From an uncultured Verrucomicrobiota bacterium (lineage in GTDB: Bacteria; Verrucomicrobiota; Verrucomicrobiia; Limisphaerales; CAIMTB01), in assembly GCA_964389135.1 (NCBI GenBank), contig CAYMDA010000004.1:72832-136831 (forward strand): 64,000 bases of DNA, given 5' to 3'. This document shows, one piece after another, positions 9,919-20,571 of this stretch. Every line of letters begins with the position of its first letter. The stretch's first letter is position 1. A program made the translations under genes and the position numbers. The notes below the pieces were generated by a model, which saw only the letters and a list, made by a program, of their open reading frames with translations, was not told the origin of the DNA and searched no databases.

Positions 9919-10698
9919 ATGACCCGCGAATCGACGCAGGCACTCCCCCTCCTTCGCGCCGGGTCCGTGCCGTACCTCAACGCCGCTCCTCTCGTTCATG
10001 GCCTCGCCGGCCGCCTGACGCTGCTGCCGCCCTCCAGGCTCGCCCTCGCGCTCCGGGAGCGCCGGATCGACGCCGCCCTGCTCAGCGTCACCGAGGCGCT
10101 GCTCCACGACGGCTATGGCATCCTCGATGGCTGCTGCGTCGCCTCCGACGGCGCGGTCTTCAGCGTCTTCCTCGCCCATCGCGGTCCGCTCGAGCAGGTG
10201 CGCGTCGTCCATTGCGACACGGCCTCGCTCACGAGCGTCAACCTGCTGCGGGTCCTTCTCGCGGAACGCGGACTGACCCCCGAGTTCCGACCGCTCCCCG
10301 ATGTCGCCGAGGCCGCGGCACTCGAGAACGTCCTGCTCATCGGCGATCAGGCGATCCGCTTCCGCCTCGCCCAGGGCACGCATCGGATCTGGGACCTCGG
10401 GGAGGCATGGAAGGCGCAAACCGGCCTCCCGTTCGTGTACGCCGCGTGGGTCCTGAACCTCGACGCGGACACCCGCGAGTTGCGGCGCGAACTTCGCGAT
10501 GCCGCCGCCCGGGGACAGCACGATCTGGAGGAGGTGATCCGGTCCGTCCCCGATTTCGACGAGGACTTCCGGCGCGTGTATCTCACGCGGAACACGCGCC
10601 ACGTCATGGGGCCCGCGGAAAAGGCCGGCATCGCGAGGTTTGCCGCGCTCCTCCGGCGGCATCACCCGGGACGGGTGTACGATCCCCGTTACGTGTGA
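9919..10698 (+). CDS. mqnA: Chorismate dehydratase, futalosine pathway of menaquinone synthesis (MqnA-like)
   Basis: From ATG 9919: MTRESTQALPLLRAGSVPYLNAAPLVHGL..IDAALLSVTEAL..IGDQAI..VYAAWV.. is the periplasmic-binding-protein-like MqnA pattern. The upstream part of the 9106 ORF is antisense to cysE. Confidence 0.65.
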   Translation: MTRESTQALPLLRAGSVPYLNAAPLVHGLAGRLTLLPPSRLALALRERRIDAALLSVTEALLHDGYGILDGCCVASDGAVFSVFLAHRGPLEQVRVVHCDTASLTSVNLLRVLLAERGLTPEFRPLPDVAEAAALENVLLIGDQAIRFRLAQGTHRIWDLGEAWKAQTGLPFVYAAWVLNLDADTRELRRELRDAAARGQHDLEEVIRSVPDFDEDFRRVYLTRNTRHVMGPAEKAGIARFAALLRRHHPGRVYDPRYV

Positions 10699-10750
10699 CG
10701 GCGCAGCCGGGCCTGGCGGCCGGAACCCGCCGCGCCCGAAGGGGCAGTTC

Positions 10751-12553
10751 TCATTTCCCGGCCCGCGGGCTCCAGGAGTCCTTCAGGGCGATCGTCCGGT
10801 TGAAGACGAGCCGGCCCGGGGCGGAGTCGGGATCCAGCGCGAAGTAGCCGATTCGCTCGAACTGATAGCGATGCCGCGGTTCGGCCTCCGCGACGGCGGG
10901 TTCGGCCATTGCCGTCACGACCGAGAGGGAGTCGGGGTTCAGGTGCTGCATGAACTCCCCGTCCGCGTCCGGTTCCGGGACGTTGAACAGCCGGTCGTAG
11001 AGACGGACCTCGACGGCCACGGCGTCACGCGCACTCACCCAGTGGATCGTTCCCTTCACCTTGCGCTGGCTTCCCGGTCCGCCCGCGCGGCTGGTCTCGT
11101 CAAAGGTGCAGCGGAGCTCGGTCAGATTGCCGGCGGCGTCCCTGACGACCTCGTCGCATCGGATGATGCCGGCATATTTCAGGCGCACCTCCCCGCCCGG
11201 GCGCAGCCGGAAGTAGCCCTTGGGCGGATCTTCCATGAAATCGTCGGCCTCGATGAGGACCTCCCGGCTGAAGGGTACCCGCCGCGTGCCGGCCGAGGGA
11301 TCCTCCGGGTTGTTGACGGCCTCGACCCATTCGGAGTGGCCCTCGGGGAGGTTCGTGAGCACCAGGCGGATCGGACGCAGCACCGCCATGCGCCGAAGCG
11401 CGACGGCGTTGAGGTCGCGGCGGATGCAGTGCTCGAGCAGCGCGACATCCGTGAGGCCGTCGTACTTCGTCACGCCGATGGTCCGGGCGAAATCGCGCAG
11501 CGCCTCGGCGCGTACGCCGCGCCGGCGCAGGCCGGAGATCGTGGGCATCCGCGGATCGTCCCAGCCGCTGACGCGCTTCTCGTTCACGAGCTGGAGCAGC
11601 TTGCGCTTGCTCATGACCGTGTAGCTCAGGTTCAGCCGCGCGAACTCGTACTGGCGGGGAAGCGGGCGGGGCAGATCCAGATTCTCGAGAATCCAGTCGT
11701 ACAGCGGCCGGTGCACCTCGAACTCCAGCGTGCACACCGAGTGCGTCACGCCCTCGATGTAGTCGCTGAGGCAGTGGGCGAAGTCGTACATCGGGTAGAT
11801 GCACCACGCGTCGCCCGTGTGATGATGGGAGGCGTGGCGGATCCGGTAGAGGACCGGGTCGCGCATCCACACGTTGGGCGACGCCATGTCGATCTTCGCG
11901 CGGAGGGTGCGCGCCCCGTCGGGAAACTCGCCGGCTCGCATCCGGGCGAACAGATCGAGGTTCTCGGCGACGGAACGGTCCCGGTAGGGGCTGTTGCGCC
12001 CCGGACGATCCGGCGCGCCGCGGTAGGCGTCCGTCTCCTCCGGTGAAAGGTCGCACACGTACGCCTTGCCGCGCTCGATCAGGCGCACGGCGAAGGTGTA
12101 CAGGGCCTCGAAGTAATCCGACGCGAAGAAGGGCTCGAGGGCCGAGCCGCCCTCCGCGGGCGGCTGGTGAAAGTCGAGGCGGCCATCCGTCGCTCGAGCG
12201 GCCGGGGTCGCCCCGCGGGGCTTCAGCGCGAGGCGGTCATCGGCCCAGTTGGCGATCAGCCACCGGACATCCTCGGTGATCGACTCGACATACTCCACGT
12301 CCTCCTTCGTCGGGTTCGTGTCGTCCATCCGGAGGTTGCAGCGGCCGCCGAAGTCGCGGGCGATGCCGAAGTTCAGGCAGATGCTCTTCGCATGGCCGAT
12401 GTGCAGGTATCCGTTCGGCTCCGGGGGAAAACGCGTCACGACGCCCGAGTGACGGCCGGAGGCGAGGTCGGCCGCGACAATCTCACGAATGAAATCCCGC
12501 GCCGCCTCGGGCGCGGGCGTGTCGGATGCTGGCTCGGTTCTTGGTGCGCTCAT
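10751..12553 (-). CDS. glnS: Glutamine--tRNA ligase
   Basis: [45 protein letters not shown] (HIGH) and ..[11 protein letters not shown].. (KMSKS variant). The ATG is the complement of 12551-12553. Confidence 0.9.
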   Translation of the reverse strand: MSAPRTEPASDTPAPEAARDFIREIVAADLASGRHSGVVTRFPPEPNGYLHIGHAKSICLNFGIARDFGGRCNLRMDDTNPTKEDVEYVESITEDVRWLIANWADDRLALKPRGATPAARATDGRLDFHQPPAEGGSALEPFFASDYFEALYTFAVRLIERGKAYVCDLSPEETDAYRGAPDRPGRNSPYRDRSVAENLDLFARMRAGEFPDGARTLRAKIDMASPNVWMRDPVLYRIRHASHHHTGDAWCIYPMYDFAHCLSDYIEGVTHSVCTLEFEVHRPLYDWILENLDLPRPLPRQYEFARLNLSYTVMSKRKLLQLVNEKRVSGWDDPRMPTISGLRRRGVRAEALRDFARTIGVTKYDGLTDVALLEHCIRRDLNAVALRRMAVLRPIRLVLTNLPEGHSEWVEAVNNPEDPSAGTRRVPFSREVLIEADDFMEDPPKGYFRLRPGGEVRLKYAGIIRCDEVVRDAAGNLTELRCTFDETSRAGGPGSQRKVKGTIHWVSARDAVAVEVRLYDRLFNVPEPDADGEFMQHLNPDSLSVVTAMAEPAVAEAEPRHRYQFERIGYFALDPDSAPGRLVFNRTIALKDSWSPRAGK

Positions 12554-12615
12554 GCAGGAGTCGGAGCGTCCGCATTGTGCCGGGTCGGGCGCGAAGTTCC
12601 CAACCAAAACACGAC

Positions 12616-12652
12616 CGGCCGGCGCGCTCGCGCGAGGCGGGCTCGCCGGCCG
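12616..12652. terminator. Hairpin downstream of the phosphoesterase remnant and upstream of glnS
   Basis: CGGCCGGCG-(19 nt)-CGCCGGCCG is a perfect 9-bp inverted repeat in the 143-bp spacer between two minus-strand genes. Confidence 0.3.
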
Positions 12653-12696
12653 TTGGACACCGGCCGTCGGGGCGGGCCCGGGCGCCGGGCGCCGCG

Positions 12697-13842
12697 TCAG
12701 CCTTCGACGGGCTCCGGCTCGCCGGCGGCCGGATTTGGAGCGGCGCACAGGGCCGGGGCGGCGACGGGGTCGGCCGCGGGAGCCGGCGCGGTGCGGACGC
12801 CGGGCGTGGGTTCCCATGGCATGCGGAAGGTGCGCGCGCGCAGTTCCGGCATGGTGACGTAACGAATCTGGCTGATCGTGCTGCCGGAGATCGTCAGCAG
12901 GCGGAAGCCCTGGAATACCGGGTTCGGCCTCTCGGGGTTGACCTTGAGGTCCGGCCGGGTGTTCGTGGTGGGGCCGAGTGCCGCCGTCTGGATGATGAGG
13001 GGGCTCATGGCCTGCCACCACCGGGCGGGCTCGGGGCTGGAGTTGAGGGGGTCATTCCATGGAGCCACGTCGATCTGACGGTAACTCTTCCAGACCGCGC
13101 CCTCCCGCCCGTCGTGAATCGTCACCACCTTGCCGGCGTACCGCGGGTCGGTGGTCACTTTCACGTGTGTCGATCCGATTTCCTCCACGTTCAGGCCGAC
13201 GACCACTCCGAACTTCACGATCTTCGTGACCTTCTTGTTGAAGAGGGTGCGGTAGTATTCCTCGGGGTTCTCCGTGTAGAAGTCCATGTGGAACCCGAAC
13301 CCGGGCATTTCCGCGGTACCGCGGTTCGTGAGTCGGAACTCGACGCGCTTGTGGCCGTGCCCGCACAGGATGGCGTTGACCTTGCGTCGGAGGCCGCCCG
13401 CTCCCACGCAGACCTCGAGGAGTTGCTCGACGGGCCCGCGGCTCACGCCGAAGTCCATGAGGTTCGTGTGCGGCCCCGTCTTGAAATGGCGTGTCCCGGA
13501 ACGGATCCAGTCCGGGTGCGGCTCGTCCGGGTTCTTCGCCGCCCCGCCGGTCATGAACCCGTATGGGTCCGCGCGAAGCAGGTAGCCGTTCATGTTCTCA
13601 CGGTCCGTGGTCTGGTGCTCGGTCTCCCGGAAGTGGTGGGGATACTCGTGGCGCTTCGGATTGATGGGGGGCGCGTGCATCGCGACGAGCACCACCCCGT
13701 TGCCGCCCGCTTCAACGGCGGTCCGCACGAGCTGGACATCGGAAGTGGTGATGCCCTCGGAATCGGGCGAGCCCGCGATGAAGTTTCGCTCCTCCTCGCT
13801 GAGGATCCCAGGAGGTACTTCACGCTGTCCTTGCCGAGGGCG
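12697..13842 (-). pseudogene. Metallophosphoesterase, 5-prime-truncated (only the C-terminal motifs are present)
   Basis: The frame is open from 13842 down to the stop at 12697. It contains ..GNGVVLVAMHAPP.. (motif IV) and ..AILCGHGHKRVEF.. (GHxH motif V) but none of the N-terminal DxH / GDxxD / GNH(D/E) motifs. An in-frame TGA (complement of 13843-13845) closes the frame upstream. The first possible start is GTG at 13728. Confidence 0.55.
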
Positions 13843-14632
13843 TCACCGCCCTCTGGGATCTCGAGTCCGGCGCACTGCTGCGGCACTGGCCCGAAATGAG
13901 TCTCTCGGCGCACTTCATCGGAACCAACCGCCTTCTCCTGTGCGGCCCTTCCGGCATTCTGACCCGCACCGTCGCGGACGGGGCGGTTGCGTCGCGCCTC
14001 GGCGATGCCGCCCTGCGCTATCAACGCGGCGTCATGCTGTCGGACGGACCGCGTCTCGCCGTCTCCCACCGCCGGGGAGTGCAGGTGCTCGACACGCGCT
14101 CCGGCGCGCTCGAGCGGGATTTTCGCGATCATGCCCAAGCGACCTTCGTGGCGGTGAGCCCGGATGACCGCTGGCTGGCGAGGGCAGTTACTATCGCGAA
14201 GGCATCGTCGTGCGCGACCTGCACGGGGAATCCCCGCCCGTCCACCTGGCGTCCCGCCGTTCATGGCCGGCGTTCACGCTCGACGGCCGTTGGCTCATCA
14301 CCGGCGATGGACGGGAGTACATCTTCTGGAGCACGGCCGACTGGTCGGCAGGGATTCGGATCCCGCGGCGGAGCGCCGGCGAGGTGCCAGGCCGAGTCCT
14401 GATGGTGCCCGGGACGGAAATGGCATGGATGGCGTCCTCCCGCACCGAGCTGCGGCTCACCCGCCTGGGGACGCTGGAGGAACTTTACTCGCTCGCCGCG
14501 CTCGAGGGGGGCCTCGCGTCCCTCGGAGCATGGCCGCCCCGCAACGGCGCGGATTCGGCCCCCCCTCCGGGGCATCGCCGCGGGATTGACGGCCGGGCAC
14601 GCTCCGTTGCCAATCGTTCCGACCCGCGCTAA
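13803..14632 (+). pseudogene. WD40/beta-propeller-type protein remnant: C-terminal fragment, no start, one internal frameshift
   Basis: The frame opens right after a TGA at 13800-13802 with ..VTALWDLESGALLRHW..VLDTRSGALERDF..FVAVSPDDRWLA (WD-repeat-like). After about 14178-14190 the sensible reading moves to the -1 frame (GSYYREGIVVRDLHGE..FTLDGRWLITGDGREYIFWSTADW..). There is no N-terminal domain and no start codon. Confidence 0.45.
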
Positions 14633-14649
14633 ATGAATCGTCAACTCGA

Positions 14650-15984
14650 GTGAAGGCCCTTGTCTCGGAAAACGCCGTAGGAACCAGCGAACGCGCCTTC
14701 CTGATCGGCGCGCAATTCAAGTCCCGCACTGCATGGGAGGTCAGGGATTCCCTGGATGAACTGGGCCAGCTCGCCACGACCGCCGGGGCCGAAGTCGTCG
14801 GGGTGGGCACCCAGAAGATCGACAAGCCGGTCGCCCGGACCTTCATCGGTCCCGGGAAGGCCCACGAGTTTGCCGACCGCTGCCGGGAGGAGGCCGTGGA
14901 CACGGTCATCTTCGATGACGAACTCAGCCCCGCGCAGAGCCGCAACCTCGAGACCGTGTTCGAGCGCAAGATCCTCGATCGCACCCAGCTCATCCTCGAC
15001 ATCTTCGGACAGCGCGCGCGCACCCGGGAGGGCAAGCTCCAGGTGGAACTCGCGCAGCTCCAGCACCTGCTGCCGCGCCTGACGCGCTTCTGGACGCACC
15101 TTTCCCGTCAGAAGGGCGGCATTGGAATGCGCGGCGGCGAGGGTGAAACGCAGCTCGAGGCGGACCGCCGCAAGGTCCAGGAGCGCATCGACAAGCTGAT
15201 CCGCGAACTCGAGGCCGTCCGCCGGCAACGCACGACCCAGCGCGAGGGCCGCAAACGCCATCAGTGGCCCCTCGCGTCCATCGTGGGATACACGAACGCC
15301 GGCAAGTCCACCCTGCTGAACAGGCTCACCGGTGCCGCCGCCGTGGCCGAGGACAAGCTCTTCGCGACGCTCGATCCCACCACGCGCCGCCTGCGGCTGC
15401 CCACCAACCAGAACGTCCTGCTGAGCGACACGGTCGGTTTCATCCGCAAGCTGCCTCACCGGCTGGTCGAGGCGTTCAAGGCCACGCTCGAGGAGGTCGC
15501 CGAGGCGGACCTGCTCCTGCACGTCGTGGATGTCAGCCATCCCAAGGCGGATGAACAGATCGCCGCCGTGCAGTCGGTGCTCGCCGAGCTGGGAGCCGAC
15601 ACCAAGCCCACGCTGATGGTCTTCAACAAGATCGATGCCCTCGGCTCCGAGGTTTCCGTGCAGCGCTTCCGGGACCAGTACCCCGGCGCGGTCTTCATCT
15701 CGGCCCGCGACGGCGAGGGCATTTCCGACCTGATGCAGGAACTGGGCTCCCGCCTGCGGCCCGTGCGCGAGTTCGTGGAACTCATCATCCCCCACGGCGA
15801 CGCGCCCGCCGTCGCCCGGCTCCATGCCGTGGGGCAGATCCTCCACGCCGACTACGAACGCGGCGATGGCGCGCACTTCAAGGCGCTGCTGCCGCCCCAC
15901 CTGCGCCACGAGTTCGATCCATACCGCATCGCCGATCCGGGAACCGCCGGCCGGAGCGGCAACGGGAGCCGCACCCCGGCTTGA
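14650..15984 (+). CDS. hflX: GTPase HflX
   Basis: HflX N-terminal domain (..[24 protein letters not shown]..) and G-domain motifs [12 protein letters not shown] (G1), DTVGFI (G3) and NKID (G4). Likely GTG start. Confidence 0.9.
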   Translation: MKALVSENAVGTSERAFLIGAQFKSRTAWEVRDSLDELGQLATTAGAEVVGVGTQKIDKPVARTFIGPGKAHEFADRCREEAVDTVIFDDELSPAQSRNLETVFERKILDRTQLILDIFGQRARTREGKLQVELAQLQHLLPRLTRFWTHLSRQKGGIGMRGGEGETQLEADRRKVQERIDKLIRELEAVRRQRTTQREGRKRHQWPLASIVGYTNAGKSTLLNRLTGAAAVAEDKLFATLDPTTRRLRLPTNQNVLLSDTVGFIRKLPHRLVEAFKATLEEVAEADLLLHVVDVSHPKADEQIAAVQSVLAELGADTKPTLMVFNKIDALGSEVSVQRFRDQYPGAVFISARDGEGISDLMQELGSRLRPVREFVELIIPHGDAPAVARLHAVGQILHADYERGDGAHFKALLPPHLRHEFDPYRIADPGTAGRSGNGSRTPA

Positions 15985-16150
15985 GTCCGCCCCGCATTCC
16001 GAGGATGCTCCGATCGCGCGCCGATGCGCCACGGCCTCCGCGGCGAATGCGCGGACTCGCGTGTCAGGGAATGCCTCTGCGATTTCGAAGAGGCACGCCT
16101 TTACCCCACCATTGAATCGCGATAGACAGATGCCCCCACGGAGCTCCCGC

Positions 16151-17230
16151 ATGCCGCCGAAAGCCGAAGCAAAGAACGCAGAACCCAAGAGCAACGACGC
16201 CCCGCGGACCCTGGATCCGGGCCGTCAGCGGGAGCTGGACGCCGCGATCTCGTCGATCACCAAGCAGTACGGGGACGGCGCCATCATGCGCCTCGGCGAA
16301 GCCGCCGCCACCCACAAGATCGAGGTCATTCCCACCGGTTCGCTCGGACTGGACCTCGCACTGGGTGTCGGGGGGGTCCCCCGCGGCCGGGTCGTCGAGA
16401 TCTACGGTCCCGAGTCGTCGGGCAAGACGACGCTGATGCTCCACATCATCGCGAACGCCCAGCGCGGCGGGGGGCTCGCGGCATTCATCGATGCGGAGCA
16501 CGCCCTCGACCCCAATTACGCGCGCCGGCTCGGGGTGAACCTCAACGAGCTGCTCGTTTCACAGCCCGACTCCGGCGAGGAAGCCCTGAGCATCTGCGAG
16601 ACCCTCGCCCGGTCGAATTCGCTCGATGTGATCGTGGTCGATTCCGTCGCCGCGCTCGTGCCCAAGGCCGAGCTCGAGGGGGAGATGGGCATGGCCACCA
16701 TGGGCATGCAGGCCCGCCTGATGTCCCAGGCGCTCCGCAAGCTCACGGCCATCCTCAACAAGGCACGCACCACCTGCATCTTCACCAACCAGATCCGCGA
16801 GAAGGTCGGCGTGATGTTCGGCAACCCGGAGACGACGCCCGGCGGCAAGGCCCTGAAGTTCTACGCCAGCGTCCGCATCGACATCCGCCGCAAGGACATT
16901 CTCAAGGACGCGTCCGGCGCCGCCATCGGCAATCACGTCAAGGTCAAGATCGTGAAGAACAAGGTCGCGCCGCCGTTCGCCGAGGCGGAGTTCGACATTC
17001 TGTTCAACCACGGCATTGACCGCGAGGGCAGCCTGCTCGACGTCGGGCTGGATCACGGCGTCGTGGACAAGAAGGGCGCATGGCTCCAGTTCAACGGCGA
17101 ACTGATCGCCCAGGGCCGCGAGGCCGCGCGCCGCACGCTCGCCGAGAAGCCGGAGCTTGCCCAGCGCATCCACGAGGCCATCATGAACAAGCGCGCCCAG
17201 AGCGCCGCGCCCGACCCGGCGCGGAGCTGA
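16151..17230 (+). CDS. recA: Recombinase RecA
   Basis: ..[61 protein letters not shown] (Walker A)..[36 protein letters not shown] at 16151; an alternative ATG lies at 16130. Confidence 0.95.
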   Translation: MPPKAEAKNAEPKSNDAPRTLDPGRQRELDAAISSITKQYGDGAIMRLGEAAATHKIEVIPTGSLGLDLALGVGGVPRGRVVEIYGPESSGKTTLMLHIIANAQRGGGLAAFIDAEHALDPNYARRLGVNLNELLVSQPDSGEEALSICETLARSNSLDVIVVDSVAALVPKAELEGEMGMATMGMQARLMSQALRKLTAILNKARTTCIFTNQIREKVGVMFGNPETTPGGKALKFYASVRIDIRRKDILKDASGAAIGNHVKVKIVKNKVAPPFAEAEFDILFNHGIDREGSLLDVGLDHGVVDKKGAWLQFNGELIAQGREAARRTLAEKPELAQRIHEAIMNKRAQSAAPDPARS

Positions 17231-17352
17231 AGGGGAACGGGGCGGGAATCCGTCCGCGCGCCGCCCGATGCGGTTGGGGACGCGCCGGTCCGGGCTCCGC
17301 GGGCCGCGCGGCCGCAGGGTGGCGCACCGCCGGCGCGGTGGTGGGGAAAGTT

Positions 17353-17381
17353 TTGACGCTGTCCGGCGCGGGGCGTAGTTT
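17353..17381 (+). promoter_or_regulatory. Candidate sigma70-type promoter for secA
   Basis: TTGACG (17353-17358), a 17-nt spacer, then TAGTTT (17376-17381), about 33 nt upstream of the secA ATG. Pattern match only. Confidence 0.3.
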
Positions 17382-17413
17382 GACCGACCCTTTTCTCCAA
17401 GGGCCCAAAGAAA

Positions 17414-20400
17414 ATGCTGGGTTACTTCGTCCGGAAGATCATCGGCACCAAGAACGAGCGCGAGGTTCGAAAGCTCCGCCCGCTGGTGACGCGCATCAAC
17501 GAGATCGAACAGGAACTGCAGGCGCTCCCGGACGAGGCCCTCGTCGGGAAAACCGCGGCATGGAAGGCCGAACTCTCGGCCATCGAGGACCTGAACGCCC
17601 TCCGCGCGCGCCTCGACGAAATCCTGCCGGAAGCCTTCGCCGTCGTCAAAAACGCCTGCCGCCGCCTGACCGAGCGCCGGGTGACCGTGAACGTCCGCGG
17701 CCACGAGATCGTCTGGGACATGATCCCGTTCGATGTGCAGCTGATCGGCGGCATCGCGCTGCACAGCGGCAAGATCGCGGAAATGGCCACGGGCGAGGGC
17801 AAGACCCTCGTCGCCACGCTGCCCACGTACCTCAACGCGCTCACCGGGCGCGGCGTCCACGTCGTCACGGTCAACGATTACCTCGCCGCCCGCGACAGCG
17901 AGTGGATGGGCGCCCTGTACAAGTTCCTCGGCCTGACGGTCGGCTGCATCCAGCATGACCAGCCCCCGGCCGTGCGCCGCGCGCAGTACGCGGCCGACAT
18001 CACGTACGGGACCAACTCGGAGTTCGGTTTCGATTACCTCCGGGACAATGGCATGGCCACCAGCGCCGCCGAACAGGTCCAGCGCGGGCATTACTTCGCC
18101 ATCGTGGACGAGGTGGACTCGATCCTCATCGACGAGGCCCGCGTGCCGCTGATCATCTCCGGCCCGGCGGTCGTCCACACCGACAACAAGATCTACGACG
18201 AGTTCAAGCCCGCCATCCAGCGCCTCGTCGACGCCCAGCTCAAGCTCTGCCGCCGCTTCGTCAAGGAGGCCGAGGCCCTCAGCGCCAAACTCCATCCGCC
18301 GGACGGTTCCCAGCCCCAGGACAAGGAGGAGCTCGAGCGCCAGATCGGACTGCTCCTCTTCCGCGTCAAGCAGGGCCAGCCGCGCCTCCCGGAGTTCCTC
18401 CGGATGCTCGAGTCCGCCGAGAACATCCGCCTGATGAACCGCGCGGAGCTCCAGCTCCACGCCGATCAGTCCAAGCGCCAGCTCTACGCCGAGAAGGAGG
18501 AGCTCTTCTTCGCGATCGACGAAAAGGGCCACGACGCCGATCTCACCGAGAAGGGCAGGCAGTTCCTCCGCCCCGACGATCCGGATGCCTTCATGCTCCC
18601 GGACATCGGCACCCAGTTCCACGAGATCGATTCCAATCCCGACCTCGATGCGCGGCAGAGGCTCGAGGCCAAGCAGAAGGCACAGGCGGACTTCGAGGCG
18701 CGCGCCCAGAAGATCCATGTCATTTCCCAGCTCCTGAAGGCCTACTGCCTGTTCGAGAAGGACGTCCATTACGTCGTCCACGACAACAAGGTCGTGATCG
18801 TGGACGAGCACACCGGCCGCGCCCTGCCGGGCCGCCGCTGGAGTGACGGCCTCCATCAGGCCGTCGAGGCCAAGGAAGGCGTCGAGATCGAGCGCGAAAC
18901 CCAGACGTACGCCACGATCACGATCCAGAATTACTTCCGCCTCTACTCGAAGCTCGCCGGCATGACCGGCACCGCCGAAACCGAGGCGCAGGAGTTCTAC
19001 GACATCTATCACCTCGGCGTCCTCGTCATCCCCACAAACCGCCCCTGCCTGCGCAAGGACGCGCACGACACGGTTTACAAGACCAAGCGCGAGAAATGGG
19101 ATGCCGTCGTCCGCGAGATCATCGAGGTGCACAACCAGGGCCGCCCGATCCTCGTCGGAACCATCTCGGTCGAGGCCAGTGAACACCTCTCTCGCCTCCT
19201 CAAGAAGGCCGGGATCGTCCACTCCATCCTCAACGCCAAGTACCACCAGCAGGAGGCCGAGATCGTCAGCCGGGCCGGCCAGCGCGGCGCCGTGACCATC
19301 GCGACCAACATGGCCGGCCGCGGTACCGACATCAAACTCGGCCCCGGCGTCGCCGAGATCGGCGGCCTCCATGTCATCGGCACCGAACGCCACGAGTCCC
19401 GCCGCATCGACCGTCAGCTCCGCGGACGCTGTGCCCGCCAGGGCGACCCCGGAAGCTCCCACTTCTTCCTCGCCCTCGAGGACGACCTGATGCGCCTCTT
19501 CGGCTCCGATCGCATCATCCGCTACATGGAGAAGATGGGACTCGAGGAGGGCCAGGAACTCGAGCATCCCCTCCTGAACCGCTCCATCGGCCAGGCCCAG
19601 AAGCGCGTCGAACAGCACAACTTCCAGATCCGCAAGCGGACGCTGGAGTTCGACGACGTGATGAACCGCCATCGCGAGGTCGTGTACGGCTTCCGCAACG
19701 AGATCATCCATTCGGACGACGTCCGCGACCGCCTCATGGACATCATGGAGGAGGTCGTGGTGGACAAGGTCCGCCAGTTCACCGACGACTCCGAGGACCT
19801 CGAGGGCTGGAACGTCCGCGGACTCGCGGAATGGGTCAATGTGACCTTCCCCCTGGGACTGCCCGAGGAGGAGATCCTCCGGGTCGCCCGCGCCGGCACC
19901 GAGAAGCCCCAGCCGGATTCGCTCTTCGACGGCCTGAGCCCGCAGCAGTTCGCCCTCGCGGTGTTCATCTGCGACGCCGTCCGCTCCGCCTACGATCTCA
20001 AGGTCAGCGTCGAGAATCCCGACGCCCTCAAGACGGTCGAGCGCTACACGATGCTCAGCGCCATCGATCGCCAGTGGCAGGAGCACCTCTACAACATGGA
20101 CAGCCTCCGAATGTCCATCTCCCTGCGCGCCTACGGCCAGAAGGACCCGCTCATCGAGTACAAGGCGGAGGCCTTCAAGCTCTTCGAGGAGCTCATGGTG
20201 AGCGTGAAGAGCGAGATCTGCCGGAACATCTTCCTCTCGGCGTCCAGCCTGATGGCTTTCCAGAACTTCCTGCGGAAGCTTCCACAGCGCACGGTGCACG
20301 GCGAGATCTCCGCGTTCAGCACGGGTTCGCCCGCCGCCGCCGCCGCCGCCGCGGCCTCGCCGGAGGAACGCCAGCGCGCCGCCGCGGTGGTCGATGAGGT

Positions 20401-20512
20401 CGCCGACGAGGTGACCCGCGCCAAGCCGGTCCGCTCCGGACCCAAGGTCGGCCGGAACGACCCGTGCCCATGTGGCAGCGGCAAGAAGTTCAAGCAGTGC
20501 TGCGGCCGCTGA
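17414..20512 (+). CDS. secA: Preprotein translocase ATPase SecA
   Basis: 1032 aa. Contains ..KIAEMATGEGKTLVATLP (Walker A)..DEVDSILIDEARVPLIISG (DEAD-like).. and the C-terminal zinc-binding tail ..RNDPCPCGSGKKFKQCCGR. Confidence 0.95.
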   Translation: MLGYFVRKIIGTKNEREVRKLRPLVTRINEIEQELQALPDEALVGKTAAWKAELSAIEDLNALRARLDEILPEAFAVVKNACRRLTERRVTVNVRGHEIVWDMIPFDVQLIGGIALHSGKIAEMATGEGKTLVATLPTYLNALTGRGVHVVTVNDYLAARDSEWMGALYKFLGLTVGCIQHDQPPAVRRAQYAADITYGTNSEFGFDYLRDNGMATSAAEQVQRGHYFAIVDEVDSILIDEARVPLIISGPAVVHTDNKIYDEFKPAIQRLVDAQLKLCRRFVKEAEALSAKLHPPDGSQPQDKEELERQIGLLLFRVKQGQPRLPEFLRMLESAENIRLMNRAELQLHADQSKRQLYAEKEELFFAIDEKGHDADLTEKGRQFLRPDDPDAFMLPDIGTQFHEIDSNPDLDARQRLEAKQKAQADFEARAQKIHVISQLLKAYCLFEKDVHYVVHDNKVVIVDEHTGRALPGRRWSDGLHQAVEAKEGVEIERETQTYATITIQNYFRLYSKLAGMTGTAETEAQEFYDIYHLGVLVIPTNRPCLRKDAHDTVYKTKREKWDAVVREIIEVHNQGRPILVGTISVEASEHLSRLLKKAGIVHSILNAKYHQQEAEIVSRAGQRGAVTIATNMAGRGTDIKLGPGVAEIGGLHVIGTERHESRRIDRQLRGRCARQGDPGSSHFFLALEDDLMRLFGSDRIIRYMEKMGLEEGQELEHPLLNRSIGQAQKRVEQHNFQIRKRTLEFDDVMNRHREVVYGFRNEIIHSDDVRDRLMDIMEEVVVDKVRQFTDDSEDLEGWNVRGLAEWVNVTFPLGLPEEEILRVARAGTEKPQPDSLFDGLSPQQFALAVFICDAVRSAYDLKVSVENPDALKTVERYTMLSAIDRQWQEHLYNMDSLRMSISLRAYGQKDPLIEYKAEAFKLFEELMVSVKSEICRNIFLSASSLMAFQNFLRKLPQRTVHGEISAFSTGSPAAAAAAAASPEERQRAAAVVDEVADEVTRAKPVRSGPKVGRNDPCPCGSGKKFKQCCGR

Positions 20513-20571
20513 GCGCCGCCTGAGGAACCGCCGGCCCACGGCCCGGGAGGAATCACGCCTCGGCCCACGGC

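Noticed and set aside
10640-12046. 468-aa plus-strand ORF
   Set aside because: It is antisense to glnS, which carries HIGH and KMSKS motifs on the minus strand.
15985-16150. LexA/SOS box upstream of recA
   Set aside because: I looked for TGTTC-N4-GAACA-type or CTGT-N8-ACAG dyads and found none. Only a 7-bp hairpin (TGCCTCT..AGAGGCA) that fits an hflX terminator better.
16559-20539. 1326-aa minus-strand ORF, the longest in the track
   Set aside because: It lies exactly antisense to recA and secA. Its composition (endless A/G/R/L/E/D runs) is typical of shadow ORFs in high-GC DNA. The plus-strand frames carry unmistakable RecA and SecA motifs.
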